In this document: piece after piece, positions 12,211 to 22,414 of the stretch
Layout: each line of letters begins with the position of its first letter
Numbering within the stretch: position 1 is the stretch's first letter
The notes under the pieces: generated by a model
The model's database searches: none
Told to the model about the DNA's origin: nothing
What the model saw: only the letters and a program-made list of their open reading frames with translations
Translations under genes and position numbers: made by a program
Assembly: GCA_001687465.1 (NCBI GenBank)
Contig: LVLI01000002.1
Coordinates: 1-62,286, forward strand
DNA from: Halocafeteria seosinensis
Lineage: Eukaryota
Reading direction: 5' to 3'
Length of the DNA stretch: 62,286 bases

Positions 12211-13994
12211 CTACAGCTGAGATGAGGCCGGTTGCCTTGCTTGGAAACCAAGGTGGTATACATGCGATGGTATCCGATCGCGGCTACGGAGAATATCTAA
12301 TGCTATTCTTCTCCTCTGATAGGGCATGTCGTCTTCCCGCACGTTGCCCATTGGGTATATATCGACGTCGTCTCTGAGGTACACGTCGTGGTCCTCTCCC
12401 AGAGTAGCAGCCGCCCTTATGATCATAATGCCACTGTCGTGTGGGTTTGTTACCCTTCGGAGAGTTGAGTCTGTTCTTGTTGTCCACGCTGGCAAAGAAG
12501 AGCTGCTATCTCGTCGTCGGAACGGGCATCGTCGTAGCCACCACTGCAATAGCTTGTAGTGAGCATGTACCTGAGCATGAGGGATAGAACCCTCGTTAGG
12601 GTTAAATAGCACCAGTGTTGACGCTTCTAGGAAGATGGAAAACATGACCCAATGGCCCGTGCTTAGCTGGACCGGTACTATTATTGTCTGCAGACGTTCA
12701 TGTTCCAAATTAGCTTAAACAGCTCTGTCAAGCCCTTCGGCTTTTGAGTAAGCGGACATGTTATCGTTCATCAGACTGGCAATAAATGCGGGTGTCCTGT
12801 AGCATACCTCATTGGCCTCCCCGTTTAGGAGACTGACTGGTACCCGAACTACTGTTCATGAACAGACAATGGCAGAACGGTTAAGGTTATGACCTGTTGA
12901 CGATGGCAATGATCGTTTCCGGATTAGATGATCGGGGCTCGCGACTAAACTTGGGGATATTCCTAGTGGCGTCTGTTAGAAAGCTGGAACAAAAAGAGTC
13001 TACTATCCACACTCTTCTTCCTCTAGCGTCAGCCCAGCGCTGAAACAGAGCTCCAGCTGCGTTGAGCACGTTGCTACGCAGCCACCTTGTCCGATTCACA
13101 AGACAATCAAGCTCCTCTAACAGAACTTTCCAGGATCCAATCTCAGCGACGATACAATTGTCAGGCCTTTGTGGGTGCCATGCGTTATGAAAGAGGGAGA
13201 TATCCGTCTCTGACAAGTTCCTAAGCTGGTCCCAAGCATTCTGGGCCCTTCCGCTTCTGCGCTGTGCAGGCTTCCATTCATGTGTTTCCACGACGGTCGT
13301 CTGGCGGGTTTGCTGGCCCCGTAGGTACTCAACATAAAGCAGGGGCACCATAAATGCTTTTGGTGCTGCTTTCGTCAGCTTAACAGCAGCACAACGGATT
13401 TTACTTTGCACAACAGTGTCACCTGTGAGGGGAGCGCTGTTAATCTGCACTCGACTACGTCCTTTATTGTGCTGGCGAGCTGCTTTTCTGTTGGAGCTTT
13501 TATGTTACTTGAGTAACTTGTTTAGGATGTGTAGCTCTACACACTGATCATCAGGGGAGAGTCGTAATATCTTGTTCAAAGTGGATCTGAAATACAGGGA
13601 GCAATTTGTATTACCGCCAGAGTTAACATGATTCCAGGACATCGAGCTTGTAACACGTACTTCATATTCCGTGGATACTTGAACGCCCATACCCAGTCGA
13701 TATCGGGGTCAGTGACGGCTCGGTAGAGGGACTCTCTCAACTGCGCGAATTGCTCCCCCTGTAACTCATCATAAGCGACACGTAGAATTTCTCCGAGAGG
13801 ATTCTTTTTCGGGCCTGTTGAAGATGCACTGCGTTCTTGGAACGGGTCTGCAAAATGGAAAGAACTGTCCTGAGAGTTATGCATGATATCTGCAATGCCG
13901 GACTTAACAGAGTCTACCTGAGCTCCCCGTGGTCAGGGCCTTCTCCTTCCAGACTGAGCGTTGACGATACCCCTGACATCGTTGGCGCAGGCAT
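12211..13994 (-). CDS. Ulp1/SENP (peptidase C48)-like protein, catalytic Cys replaced by Ser
   Basis: LDCL..RWLRSNVLN and VWIVDSF in ORF 12887-13450. IIVPVQLSTGHW, LFNP, TNPHDSG and DMPYQRRRIA in ORF 12211-12708. Putative ATG at 13994; exon joins are not fully resolved. Confidence 0.72.
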
Positions 13995-14084
13995 GGCGCC
14001 TCCTCCGATGCCTCCTGAGCAAAATCAGTGTTGTGTTACCTTACGGCGCATGTCAGCAAGGCTGCAGGAACAGCGGGCCCGTCG

Positions 14085-14177
14085 CTGCTTAACACGGGCG
14101 CATACCGCTCCTCGTTAAGAGGATGCGGTCAACTCCCCGGCCGGTGGGCTATCTGTCACATATGTATGTGTGTGTGT
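14085..14177 (+). mobile_element. Short retroposon 3' end (SINE or 5'-truncated LINE), copy 1; hairpin plus (TG)n tail
   Basis: CTGCTTAACACGGGCGCATACCGCTCCTCGTTAAGAGGATGCGGTCAACTCCCCGGCCGGTGGGCTATCTGTCACAT then (TG)n, shared with 18123-18187 and 19654-19796. Confidence 0.7.
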
Positions 14178-14826
14178 TCTTTGGACTGGTCAATCCTGCA
14201 GAGTCTCTGGAAATCCTTAGACTGGAGAGGGTCCTCCATATCTGGAATGGATGAGATATCACCCTGCAAAGTCACCTGGGGCAATAGGAAATGGGCTACA
14301 AGTTGTAGCCTACAACCTCTTGTTTTAGCTGTATCAAATGCTGCTTACAAATTTCAATTCTCTTGTCGGTTGTTTCCGATGTTTGGACAAAACGAATATT
14401 CCCAGTTTCTTTGTGTTGCAAGAATGAGTCCTTCAGATCGTGATGGAATACTTTCGCCTTCAAGTTGTGAATATGCACGTAGTCATACCATTTCTCAACC
14501 TGCTTCCGAGTACGACGATTGTGACACACCAGTAGACTACGAATAATAGCTACGATCGAACATAGGAGGCTATTTACTAACTTTTTGTTATTGTACTCAA
14601 AGCATTTGTTCACTTGTTCAGGTTAATTTTTTTTTTTCGGATGTAACAGTCGCGAGGCTCTTCATCCACTCTCGTCTATGCGGTGGTTGCTTGCGCCGTA
14701 CGTTGGTAGTGTCTTCAGAAACGTGGTGATGCGACAGACCAAATGCATGATTGAGAACGCACTCCACTGACGATCGATCGATCTGGGAACAACACACTGA
14801 ATCATTCCCTTGGGTCTTAGGTTCTC

Positions 14827-17427
14827 TTAGCGATATTCGGTATGATGTTCAACATTACCAATACCTTTCCACAGTTTGTTTGTATCAGCCATATTAGACA
14901 ACGGTCGACCTTCTTTGTTTGACAACTCCTTTTTCTTCTCAGCCGTGAGCGGAAGTCCTCGGCCTAGATCCAGTGGCAACAAAGGAGAAGAACTGGAACC
15001 GTATTGCCGAACAGCTGCTTCCTTAGTCTCGTTGTTGAATTTGAGCGCAGCAACAAAACGATGGCAACACTTGAAAGGATCTCGCTTGCCTAAATCAGCC
15101 CGCATCTTATCGTACGCGCGCCGGGCGTCGCTAGGATTCGTGACCGAGCCATTGAGAATCGCCTCATCTTTTTGCTCACCTGTTAAGTACTGAAGATTAG
15201 GATCAGTGGTCTTCGCAGCGTCTCTGAAATACCCACTTAATGTTACCCTGCTTTGAATGATCACAGAGCCTGGTTTCCGGTTTTTTCGAGTCAGGAAGCA
15301 CATGTCGACTCCAGCAGATTGGGAGAGCAGAAAACAAATATGATCGAAGTCGAAGTCCGAGAAAGTGTCCTGAGGAGGAAATTTCTTAAACAAGCATTTA
15401 AGCTCAGTTCCGTCAACGTATTCCGAAGCAACGCGACTGAGATTCTTGCAAAAGCGGATGTCACAATGGACAGACTGGAGGTCAGTAATAACGCCTTCAG
15501 CCGCTGCGCTCAATTCAGGTTGATCGCCATCTTTATAGTCCTCAAGATAGCCTAGAAACCCCCGAAACGTATCCCATAGAGTTCGAGATGTAGATATATC
15601 ACGCTTCGGCACTGTCAAAAGCAGATGGTGGCACAACAGAGGTTCCGTACACTCTCCAAGGCCTGAGTGACTTAGCAACAGATTCTCAGAAACCATTTTA
15701 GTGATAATCGAGTTTAGCGTCTGGAGTTGCACTTTCTGTGGGTCATTATTCAGACGGCGCTCCGCTTCCTCGCAGATGCATTCTCTCAGAAACGGCTCCT
15801 CACTAATTACCGCGCGTTGGTCATGTATAGTCACTGCACTGTCAACAACTAGGCAGTCCATCAGCTTTTCCGCCAATTTCGAATCTGCAGCATCTAGCTG
15901 GATGGCTGCATAAATTGTCATCATTGCAGTGAAGCCCGAAACGTCTCCTTCTGCCGTTGGACGGTCGGACCGGAAAGCAGCTTGTACCAATTTTTGGATC
16001 GTGCTTTCCTTGAACTCCACCGTTTGTCGCACCGCTCTCTCTAATATGTTCTTAATCCCCGTCCATGTCAACTTCGTCACCTTCATTTTCTCGTCAATGG
16101 AGCGGACAAGTTCTGCGGCCCAGCGTCCTCTGCCTTCTAGCAATTTGACGTTTTGTCGGAACTGTTCGCACGTGTCAAGAAGGTTATCCCATGGACCGGC
16201 CACGTCAAAATAGACGAGGACTAATTCTCTGATGCGGTTAGCGGTAAATATGTCCACATCGTGCACTTCCCGGAGCAAAAACCGCGTACGTGAGAACTTG
16301 GCCATTTTCTTCAAGTGCGTGAAGGTCGACTTTGTTCCCACGTATACACTCCCGATTCCGTGATCCGCAAATAGAGCGGAACATACGACGTTCAATCCGT
16401 ACATCGCATCTGTCGTCAAAGTGAGGTCTTCGGAGTCACCACCGCTATCGTTCTGAGGCCCCTCGACAGGGGGCAAATCGGATTCGTGAGGAAGAGGCGA
16501 CTCTTGACCCGCTCTATCATAGTGCGAAATATGGACAAATACGCCCCGTCCCTCTTCTTTCAATTCCTGTACCTCGTCTATCGCCATGACAATAGTGACA
16601 TCTGGGACCAATTCTGTAAGTTTCTCTACAGCGGACTTAAGTATGGAATTCACTTTCGTACGATCAGGAACAATCAGGGTCTGATGATCAACCGACTTCG
16701 AAATCAAGGCCCCATTTTCGTCGGTGCTCAATCGACTGTTTATTAGCTTCCTGACTTCACTTTCACCACGCCCGTTGCGGAGAGCCCATAAAGCGGCTAT
16801 CTTCAGATCATCCTTCTTGAAGCCCCTTGCGCGCAGTTCGTCTAAAACCTCCGCCGCAAACTCCACGTATGCCGCCATAACAAGTTGTACAGTGGCGTAC
16901 GCTGCATTTGAAATAGCCACCCTCAACTCGTCCGACGGGTTATCACCAAGCTCGTACCGCAATTTCCGTAACCACCCAGTGATGAAATTCCACGGTTGGG
17001 TCACCATTGTACGCTGGCCTTTGTCTGCAACGTTACACAGAACAACCAGGGCATTAAAATACGGTTCAATCCCGAGCCAATAGAGCGCATGTGTTTTTCC
17101 ACCTCCGCTAGACTGACTGAAGATCGTACGATACGCGTCCTGTCCTCCGCTGCGCATACCACGCAGGATGCTCCCAAGAGTGTTCTGCGTCACCTCTAAA
17201 CCGACATGTTGCAAAAATTGCGGGATCAGTTTCCAATCTTTCCCTTCAAAGAAAGGAAGCGGTCGCTTTCTAAATTGTTCTGGATTAATGGAATGACCAC
17301 TTAGCATCCCAGTGTCTTTCATAGTCTTTTCAATAAGATCTATCAAATCATGGAGCTCTCGGCACGGTTCTACCCCTGCGTAGTAGCTATAGTTGACTCC
17401 GCCTGTTCCTGCAAACAAAAACGGCAA
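14827..17427 (-). CDS. Crinkler/RHS-type P-loop NTPase + PD-(D/E)XK-like nuclease, main exon (866-aa ORF)
   Basis: Walker A SQSSGGGKT, Walker B IVMAIDEVQ, VYVGT, EGRGRW; C-terminal GECTE..., AGVDMCFL...VIIQSR. Splice acceptor TTTGCAG near 17410. Confidence 0.72.
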   Translation of the reverse strand: MPFLFAGTGGVNYSYYAGVEPCRELHDLIDLIEKTMKDTGMLSGHSINPEQFRKRPLPFFEGKDWKLIPQFLQHVGLEVTQNTLGSILRGMRSGGQDAYRTIFSQSSGGGKTHALYWLGIEPYFNALVVLCNVADKGQRTMVTQPWNFITGWLRKLRYELGDNPSDELRVAISNAAYATVQLVMAAYVEFAAEVLDELRARGFKKDDLKIAALWALRNGRGESEVRKLINSRLSTDENGALISKSVDHQTLIVPDRTKVNSILKSAVEKLTELVPDVTIVMAIDEVQELKEEGRGVFVHISHYDRAGQESPLPHESDLPPVEGPQNDSGGDSEDLTLTTDAMYGLNVVCSALFADHGIGSVYVGTKSTFTHLKKMAKFSRTRFLLREVHDVDIFTANRIRELVLVYFDVAGPWDNLLDTCEQFRQNVKLLEGRGRWAAELVRSIDEKMKVTKLTWTGIKNILERAVRQTVEFKESTIQKLVQAAFRSDRPTAEGDVSGFTAMMTIYAAIQLDAADSKLAEKLMDCLVVDSAVTIHDQRAVISEEPFLRECICEEAERRLNNDPQKVQLQTLNSIITKMVSENLLLSHSGLGECTEPLLCHHLLLTVPKRDISTSRTLWDTFRGFLGYLEDYKDGDQPELSAAAEGVITDLQSVHCDIRFCKNLSRVASEYVDGTELKCLFKKFPPQDTFSDFDFDHICFLLSQSAGVDMCFLTRKNRKPGSVIIQSRVTLSGYFRDAAKTTDPNLQYLTGEQKDEAILNGSVTNPSDARRAYDKMRADLGKRDPFKCCHRFVAALKFNNETKEAAVRQYGSSSSPLLPLDLGRGLPLTAEKKKELSNKEGRPLSNMADTNKLWKGIGNVEHHTEYR

Positions 17428-17599
17428 GGCAATTTTAAGACATCACTATGTGAAGAATCAAGTCACAGTAGCAGGTTCGCTCTGTTAAGATTTCTGTGGC
17501 TGATTCGTGTTTGATTACATGACCCAGCATTCCGATGTGAAGAGCAACGCAATACAAGACCAAATTAGGGTCATCTTGTATCCCCACTCCCTTAGTAAG

Positions 17600-19067
17600 A
17601 CCCAATGTATACCTTCCGTTCGAGCCGCATTAATTGGAGCTACATTTACTCGTGAGAATGCTACATTTTTTCGTCCCTTCACTGCTTGTTGCGGCGACCA
17701 CCGGAAAACGTCGGGACGCAACCCCTTGGCAATGTCCCTTGCTTGGTGTACAGCAACTTCACAATGACTCAGATCGATAAGGTACCCTTACCTGCTTCCT
17801 CACGCTTTCTCTTCCGAGTTAATCTCTCGTTTTCGCTTTCTGCGAAACAATCATACCGGATAACAAAGGCCTTCATGAGCACTCTCGGAGCCTCGCCTAA
17901 ATCAACAACGGGTTGGTGTGCATGGCGACGACATAACGATTCCCTTTCTCACGGCTGTTCGTCCCGCCGCCACAGCCCCATAGGACCGCAACTTCATAAT
18001 GACGGTTGGAAACGGCTGAAGCTTCCCATTTTGTCCCAAGCTGGACTCCCAACCCACGCCTAAGTCACCTATGAAATACTCTAATACACATCCAACAAGA
18101 CAGTTCTCACTACCGGTATTGGACACACACACAAATGTGACAGATAGCCCACCGGCCGGGAAGTTGACCACATCCTCTTAACGAGGATCCATCCCACCAA
18201 CACACCTTACTGGCCATGGTAAGCAGAGCTAGCTCAGGCTCTGAAGTCTTCGGACACAAATCGTGTGACCTACCTACTTAAGCAACAAGCCCCTAACCGT
18301 TGTCTAGGTCCTTTCGTCCAGCAGCATAAGTGCGCGTAAGACCAAATAATAAGTTGGATTGCAGGATCCCCTGCTTCATTGCTGCATCCCGCTGAGACGA
18401 CTTAGGAAGCCCACCAAAAAACTTCGGAGCTACAGGCTGTAACTTCATAATGACAAAAAGGGTTGGGAATGGATGAAGTTTCTCCTCCGTTGTGTCCCCT
18501 TTCAACTACCACCTTTAACTAACACACACCACCAGTCATCCAAAGCTTTCAAACGCATCAACTCTCTATGGATGGGTGGGAACTTACTTGTCTCGTGCTC
18601 GCATAGTTTCCTAATCAAGTCACACAGCGTATCGGTCAGCAAAAGTACTAGGAGGCCGTAAATGCGGTAAATATACCGGCTCCCGACGCTCTCCACTGTT
18701 CAACTTTCCCTCTCATTTTGTCGGTCTCATCGGGAGGGTACAAATCCATGAGCCGTTTCTCTTCATATGCGCGGCAAGCTCCACGGTCAGCCAAAAAGAA
18801 ACAAGCAACCACGAGGCTGTGCTTTAGCTTGTTCTGTTGGACGTCAGTAAGGGGCTCATCCGCTTTCTCTGGACATAGAAGCTCTTCTACTTCTTCAATG
18901 TCTTTTGACGCAATACTTCCCTCCCTACCCAAACATTTTGTAATGCGCTCAGCCCAACGACCTTCATCCGTCACTTTGCATTCGTCCGGGATAAACCAAG
19001 CAGGAATGCCTTTCACTGCTTTGGACAATACCAACTTTGGGACTTCCTCTGGAGCTGCAGCCACCAT
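17600..19067 (-). CDS. Probable 5' exons (header region) of the 14827-17427 NTPase-nuclease gene
   Basis: ATG 19067 opens a 139-aa ORF. Short GT-AG-bounded exons follow (e.g. ESENERLTRKRKREEA near 17790-17840; ARDIAKGLRPDVFRW). Confidence 0.45.
18123..18187 (-). mobile_element. Short retroposon 3' end, copy 2 (more 5'-truncated, probably intronic)
   Basis: Reverse complement reads TCCTCGTTAAGAGGATGTGGTCAACTTCCCGGCCGGTGGGCTATCTGTCACATT then (TG)n. Confidence 0.7.
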
Positions 19068-19283
19068 TAAGACGCTATTTTAAATTGGGTTATTAGTCAG
19101 TGTGTACTGTACTGTATAGCTAAATTCCTTCTTGGGGGTGGGCCAGAAGAAGAAGTTGTAACCGGCTCCGGAAGACAGTCTTAAACCACCAAACTGATGC
19201 CTTTGTGCACTACAATAAAACCTCAGCTCAGCTCAAATGTTTTACTGCACTTTTCCGTCTTGAAATACAAATCTGCTGAGGTA

Positions 19284-19309
19284 GTGTGTGTGTGTGTGTG
19301 TGTGTGTGT
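19284..19309. repeat. (GT)13 microsatellite
   Basis: Read directly from the sequence. Confidence 0.95.
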
Positions 19310-19568
19310 CCCATGCGCTTGGTGTGTGGAAGTTTGACGTTCAAGTTGTTAGGTTCAACATCCCACGACAGAATCGAAGGCCACGGTGCACACCGGTGGT
19401 ACGCGGCTGTAAGCGAACAAACCCAACAGTCTGAAACTCTCGACTTCAACATTCTCCGGGAAGTTGTTCCCGGTAAGTGGAATTCAGGTAGTCACTCAGG
19501 TTGATCGGAATAATTTTTCCGGATTCTGGATTTGTGCGAGAAAAACAACAGTGGTGGACATGGAATGA

Positions 19569-19595
19569 ATATATATATATATATATATATATATA
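19569..19595. repeat. (AT)n microsatellite
   Basis: Read directly from the sequence. Confidence 0.95.
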
Positions 19596-19646
19596 CAACT
19601 ACAATGTGTGTGTGTTCATTGACGGGTATTCTTAGGGCTGAAGATA

Positions 19647-19806
19647 TACGGCCACACGGGCGCATACCGCTCCTCGTTAAGAGGATGTGGTCAACTTCCC
19701 AACTTCCCTGCTTAACACGGGCGCATACCGCTCCTCGTTAAGAGGATGTGGTCAATTTCCCGGGCGGTGGGCTATCTGTCACATTTGTGTGTGTGTACGG
19801 CCACAC
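19647..19806 (+). mobile_element. Short retroposon 3' end, copy 3: partial copy plus longer copy in tandem, flanked by a target-site duplication
   Basis: TACGGCCACAC occurs at 19647-19657 and 19796-19806. The hairpin segment occurs twice (19654-19700 and 19708-19796). Confidence 0.78.
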
Positions 19807-19860
19807 ATCGCGCATTGCTTGCCTCCGACACCCATCACTCTAGGCTTTGATTGCGGGAGT

Positions 19861-20833
19861 TTACATGTCACTGTCTTTATACTCTCTCTTCCGCGGCTGA
19901 ATAGGCCTGAGCAGTCTGTTTCTACGATTCTCCGCAGTGCTCTGCGAATGACTTCGCTGACGCTGAATTAAGACACGTTGAGACTCCTCCGCAGAAAAGA
20001 CAACATTATTAACGTATTTCAGGGATTTTCTACTAATCTGCGGAGGTCTTTGGAGGTTTCGGTTCAAGCTGATAGGCCTAAGTGACCCGGTATGACGACG
20101 TTCACTTCTAAATTTCGTAGTTCCGCAACGTGATAGTACGGGAAGCAAAAGTCGTGAGTACAGGTAACGTATGGCACCTGGCATAAGATAAAACCCAACA
20201 AAGACAGCGACTAACACAAATGTGATGTTGAGCAGAGCACTAACCCTAAGATGCCGGAGTCATGAGTTACTAATGACTCTTGGCTGGGGTGATTAGTCAC
20301 GCCAAACAGCACGCTTCCTAGCCATATAGAGTGGCAATTTTCAGAAGCTCAACACAATTCACGATCGAAACGCGATAAGGCAGTACCATATTCATCAATA
20401 TGTACGAGGAAATAAGGATGGTTGTCGCAAATACCATCTGTTCCAAGGCATCTCCAATAAACACCGCAACCAGCACGAGGAGCACTTTCCTCAGCATGAC
20501 AACTGCAGGCCACAAAAATCCTTTTCTGCGTTTGCGATATCCTTCGATTATTTTGTCAAATTGCAGCATCTGAGCTTTAGATGTTTTTCGTAAATGCCTC
20601 AATAAATAAACTGTGACCGCAAGTGGAAATCCGACGTAATTTGAAGAACTGTCATCCTCGAAGTCTTCCAGTACGTCCGTGTAGATATCATGGCTCCACC
20701 GAATGTCATAATTGGCAGCCACCGAAACGTTGCAGAGCGCTGTTTGTCTCACAAGTGTACATCTTGATGAATGATGAACAACAACTTTCAAAATCTTGTA
20801 CTGGTACTGTACAGTACGACACTGTAAGTGCAA
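19861..20833 (-). pseudogene. Fragment of a multi-pass membrane protein (TRP-like C-terminal TM region of the kind common in protist surface proteins)
   Basis: GYRKRRKGFLWPAVVMLRKVLLVLVAVF...EQ...ILISS...PYRVSIVNCVELL. The frame is broken and there is no clear N-terminus. Confidence 0.5.
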
Positions 20834-21376
20834 TGCCCACGGCTTCTTAGGTTGTATATTTTCTCACTGAATAAACAGTATGTGCTTCTCTATGATCGCC
20901 ATACAAGTGTAATACAACCCATATACAACCGGCAGATTCGACCGACTGGGCTTCGACGGCCGCACCACTGAGCTTGCGACCCCGGCCAGCGGGTTTTGAC
21001 AGCTTGGCTCAGCTGAAAGGTTTCGCCACAGATGTTGTGCCGGTTGTAGGAAGATGCAAAGTTTTGTAATAAGTTGCAACAAACAATCCCAGTAGTCACT
21101 TCATGTACCATGGGCGTACTCTTTTTTTTTTGAAGTGGTACAAACAATAATTCCTGAACGATCCTAACGGACGTCCTTGGCAGAGGAACGTACACGTACG
21201 TACTACGGATGCGCCAGCAGAGTCGATGCTGAATACACGAGCAACACAAAGCTAGACAGGCAGATCCATAGCATACCAATCTTCGAATTGCTGGACACTT
21301 GCCTTCATACTAGAGGAACAGGGGGACACTTCAGTGATTGGTACTGTCGCATGGGTTTCGGGGAAGGTCAAGGGGA

Positions 21377-22329
21377 ATGGAAGGGTACGTGGATCAACAG
21401 GGACGCGTAAATTTCTCAAACTTTAAGAAATACCTAGACGAGCAAATCGAAGTCCTGGAGGATCATCTAAGGAAAAGGAACCCCAGAACCCTGTGTTTGT
21501 CGCCAGAGGCTGAAAGCATTATTCGAAGGTGTGTGCACCCGGCAAGAGCCACCAGTTAACGGGCCTGCTACAAGATATTGTCATCATTGACGTATTTTGG
21601 ATCAACAGTGTTACACAGAAAATCTGCTCCACAAAAAGCCATGATGAGTTTGCGCCCAAACTGTACAGGAAATACACTAGGGTAAGAACTGAGTCGACGA
21701 TGGGAAAAAATGGTGGAATACCACGTACTGGCTGCCAACTTGCAGGTTTTTGCCCTCAGATCTTACCGCTTATCCCACAATGTCTTTTCCCACTTCAAGG
21801 GCCAAGATTTACTTCGGGCTGTGAAGAGTCACTGGGATAGGCACTGCGCGCTTAGAGACACGTTGGCATCGCTGCTCCAGGCTCTAGAACACGACTACAC
21901 CTGCTCGAAGTATAAGAAGCCACTTGTGCTCGAAGGTGAGAAAAACACCCTCCTTTGGCTGCTTCAACAATTATAGATGCACCCCTGCTACTACAGCCGA
22001 TCGTCAATTCCGTCAGGAGGCCTTCAATGCAATCAAGGAAGCTTTTGCCGTTGAGCTACGTAGACAGTTCCACAGAAGGTTAAGCGGCGAAAGCACGACC
22101 ATTCCACTAGACATGTTAAAGCAGTACGCTAAACATTTTGTCTCTTGGTCATCCAGTTCTACAAGTATTTATAAATTTTACCGCCTGCAGGTGCTTGGGA
22201 CTCTTTAAACGACTGGCGACATGTACCGAGGATGTACACCTCTTCACAGAGATTACAGAAATTTGCACCAGTGCCGACGTCAGCTCGTTTGACAGTGGCA
22301 GATCAGTCTGTCGCAGACAGTCAATTTAA
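21377..22329 (+). CDS. Cullin-1-like N-terminal repeats only (truncated cullin or CACUL1-like)
   Basis: Spliced reading: SVTQKICSTKSHDEFAPKLYRKY | LLRAVKSHWDRHCALRDTLASLLQALEHDY | ADRQFRQEAFNAIKEAFAVELRRQFHRRLSGE..LDMLKQY. The 3' end is uncertain (22208 or 22329). Confidence 0.62.
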
Positions 22330-22414
22330 AGTGGAGTCCAACCGCAAATTCGGTCTTGTGCAGTCTCCCGGATAACCAGGGACGAACTCCACCAACCTGG
22401 CCCCCTAGAAATGA

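Noticed and set aside
5619..13994. Zisupton element (SWIM + SAP + Ulp1)
   Set aside because: The domains lie in three separate genes on both strands, and the transposase has MULE-type motif order with a C-terminal SWIM.
14095..14150. HDV-like or hammerhead ribozyme in the retroposon end
   Set aside because: CTCCTCG is present, but the P1/P3 pairings cannot be built and there is no CUGAnGA...GAAA core.
14085..18187. Inverted repeat pair as TIRs of a transposon carrying the 866-aa NTPase-nuclease
   Set aside because: The copies have unequal 5' ends and inward (TG)n tails. A third copy has its own TSD, and the gene's probable 5' exons extend past 18187. Independent retro-insertions fit better.
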